Shown here in pieces: positions 62,241-64,000 of a stretch of 64,000 nucleotides of DNA. The translations under genes and the position numbers were made by a program. The notes under the pieces are model-generated. The model had not been told where the DNA came from, did not search any database, and worked only from the letters and a program-made list of their open reading frames with translations. The stretch is from Octopus bimaculoides. Taxonomy: Eukaryota. Where the stretch lies: assembly GCF_001194135.2 (NCBI RefSeq), contig NC_069002.1:20991981-21055980 (forward strand), read 5' to 3'. Numbering within the stretch: position 1 is the stretch's first letter; every line of letters starts with the position of its first letter.

Positions 62241-64000
62241 TTCTACTCGATTTTTTGACGCTCTGTAAATGAAAATAAGATGAGTAGAAATTATAATGCC
62301 TGTGCCATCGCAGAGAATTAAGTTAGAAACTATTATGAAAATATTTCGCAATTGACTAGACAATAAAATATTTACAGAATTTAATCAAACGTGGAAATGT
62401 TTTGCTATTGAAAGACCAAATAAAATGCAATGCAACACCTTTCAGATTTATTTCAAAGTAAAACTAAAATATCTCTCAAACGACTAATACAGGCATAATT
62501 GCTTGTTCTATATAAAATAAGAGGCAATCTATGGCAAATCATGAGAAATACTCGCATAGCGACAAAAATGCAAATATTGATGGAGACAACTGAAAATCAT
62601 TTAAACTTTCTAAATATTTGGCGATATTGTTTTGTTAACTGTAAGCATTAATAACCAATAGATAGCTTGAATGCTCTAATAACGGAAAGTAACGCGGCGT
62701 TTAAAGAAGAAAAAATATAACCATACAAGTCTGAGGTGTAACTTTGACATAACGAATATTTGAACAAAGATATGACTGCAAACGGAAATTTATTGAGAAT
62801 ATTAAAAGCAAGAAGTCATAAGGGAAAATAAAACACCACGTTCGAACTAATTAAATACAATAAATACTTACACACATATATATTGTGTATGTGAGTGTGT
62901 GTGTGCGTGTGTGCGTGCGTGTGCGTGTGCGTTTGTGTGTGTGTGCATACAAACACACACATTCAAAATAATACATGGACACCTATAGAAGAAAAATAGG
63001 GAGCAGAATCGAAATCCAGAAGAAATGACTGAATAATAGACACTCGAACTATGAACTGTAAAATTTGTGGACAAAATGTAGACTTCTTTATTGTCTGTTA
63101 ACAAAATTAATGTGTGAAAGTGAGGCGTTAAAGAAGCATAAAATCTAAACTCAGAATATAGAAATCCACCTGTTCTGAGTGAACTGATGTCTGTGATATA
63201 CTTTTCCTGAAACCATAAAAACCGCATCTATTCTTTCCAAAGACGTTAGTATTCTCTGATGGAATATAAGACATACATATAATACCCATATCTACACATA
63301 TAGATTGCGCAAAAGTCTATTACAAAGACATTCATGACGCGATCTGGTGAATTAAAATATATTACTAGAGGTTTTCAGACATCTTGTCCGTTTTGTATTT
63401 TTGGAAATGGTTTTAGAAAGAAGCAATTGTCTACCCGACAACTTTCACTTGTATACAACAGATTTCACGTAAAATTCCCGTAAATGATGTTGGAAAAATT
63501 ACATTAGAGTGGTCGTCGATTATAATCTTGACATAAATAACAGATAATTCTAATGGAAAGACAACTGAATAGTGAATGAACAAAGTAAACGAAAAGGATG
63601 ACAAAAATTCCAGCCAATGATTTAATACCATCGCTCAATCAATTAGAGGTAACAAAGAAATATTTTATTAAAAATATCCGTTAGACTTTCTGAAGCACAG
63701 TTTGAGTACATAAATATATTTTGAAATCTAATCCCGCAGTAAATTAACGTAGCCATTTCAGCTAAACGCTGGCTTGTGATTCATTTAAGTAGCAAATGCA
63801 ATGATGTTATCTTCGCAACCATAAGGGTGAATGTTGTTTTAGTCTGTAAAATACCACATATGAAAAGACATGTTCGCTATTTTTCTACTTGCGAAGAGAA
63901 GAAAAATGCGTTTACATAATTTTACTTTCTGTAGCATAGATGTTACGCATTGTCTCCTGCATAAAATTGATTTTATTTTCTAAAATACACTCTTTATACA

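Noticed and set aside
627-63227. Dozens of long ORFs with poly-L/I/Y/H/V/D/N or CV/HT/YI/RE repeats and X-runs
   Set aside because: They are translations of microsatellites or N gaps; no real protein content

Overview
AT-rich, microsatellite-dense eukaryotic DNA with about 15 large assembly gaps (roughly 5.7 kb of N), most of them abutting simple repeats. The repeat families and composition look like an octopod cephalopod genome (Octopus-like; my recognition, not a database result). I found no intact host protein-coding gene, rRNA, true tRNA or CRISPR array; nearly all long ORFs in the track are translated microsatellites or N-runs. The window reads as intergenic or deep-intronic DNA built from mobile-element debris. 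It holds about nine pieces of R4/Dong-clade RLE retrotransposons, most sitting in (AAT)n, (CATA)n or (ATC)n tracts. It also holds a Penelope-like (Neptune-type) RT-thumb/GIY-YIG remnant plus several probable pseudo-LTR fragments, RTE and CR1/L2-group LINE 3' ends, two mariner and one Tc1 remnant, three Helitron pieces, a MITE, and four tRNA-derived SINE families. The best finding is an apparently intact minimal type I hammerhead ribozyme motif (39271-39331) in the loop of an 86-bp near-perfect inverted repeat, with several decayed relatives elsewhere. Other notable observations are repeated same-site SINE insertion with 17-bp TSDs ending in AATATT, a SINE/LINE pair sharing a 3' tail, and a fold-back mariner.
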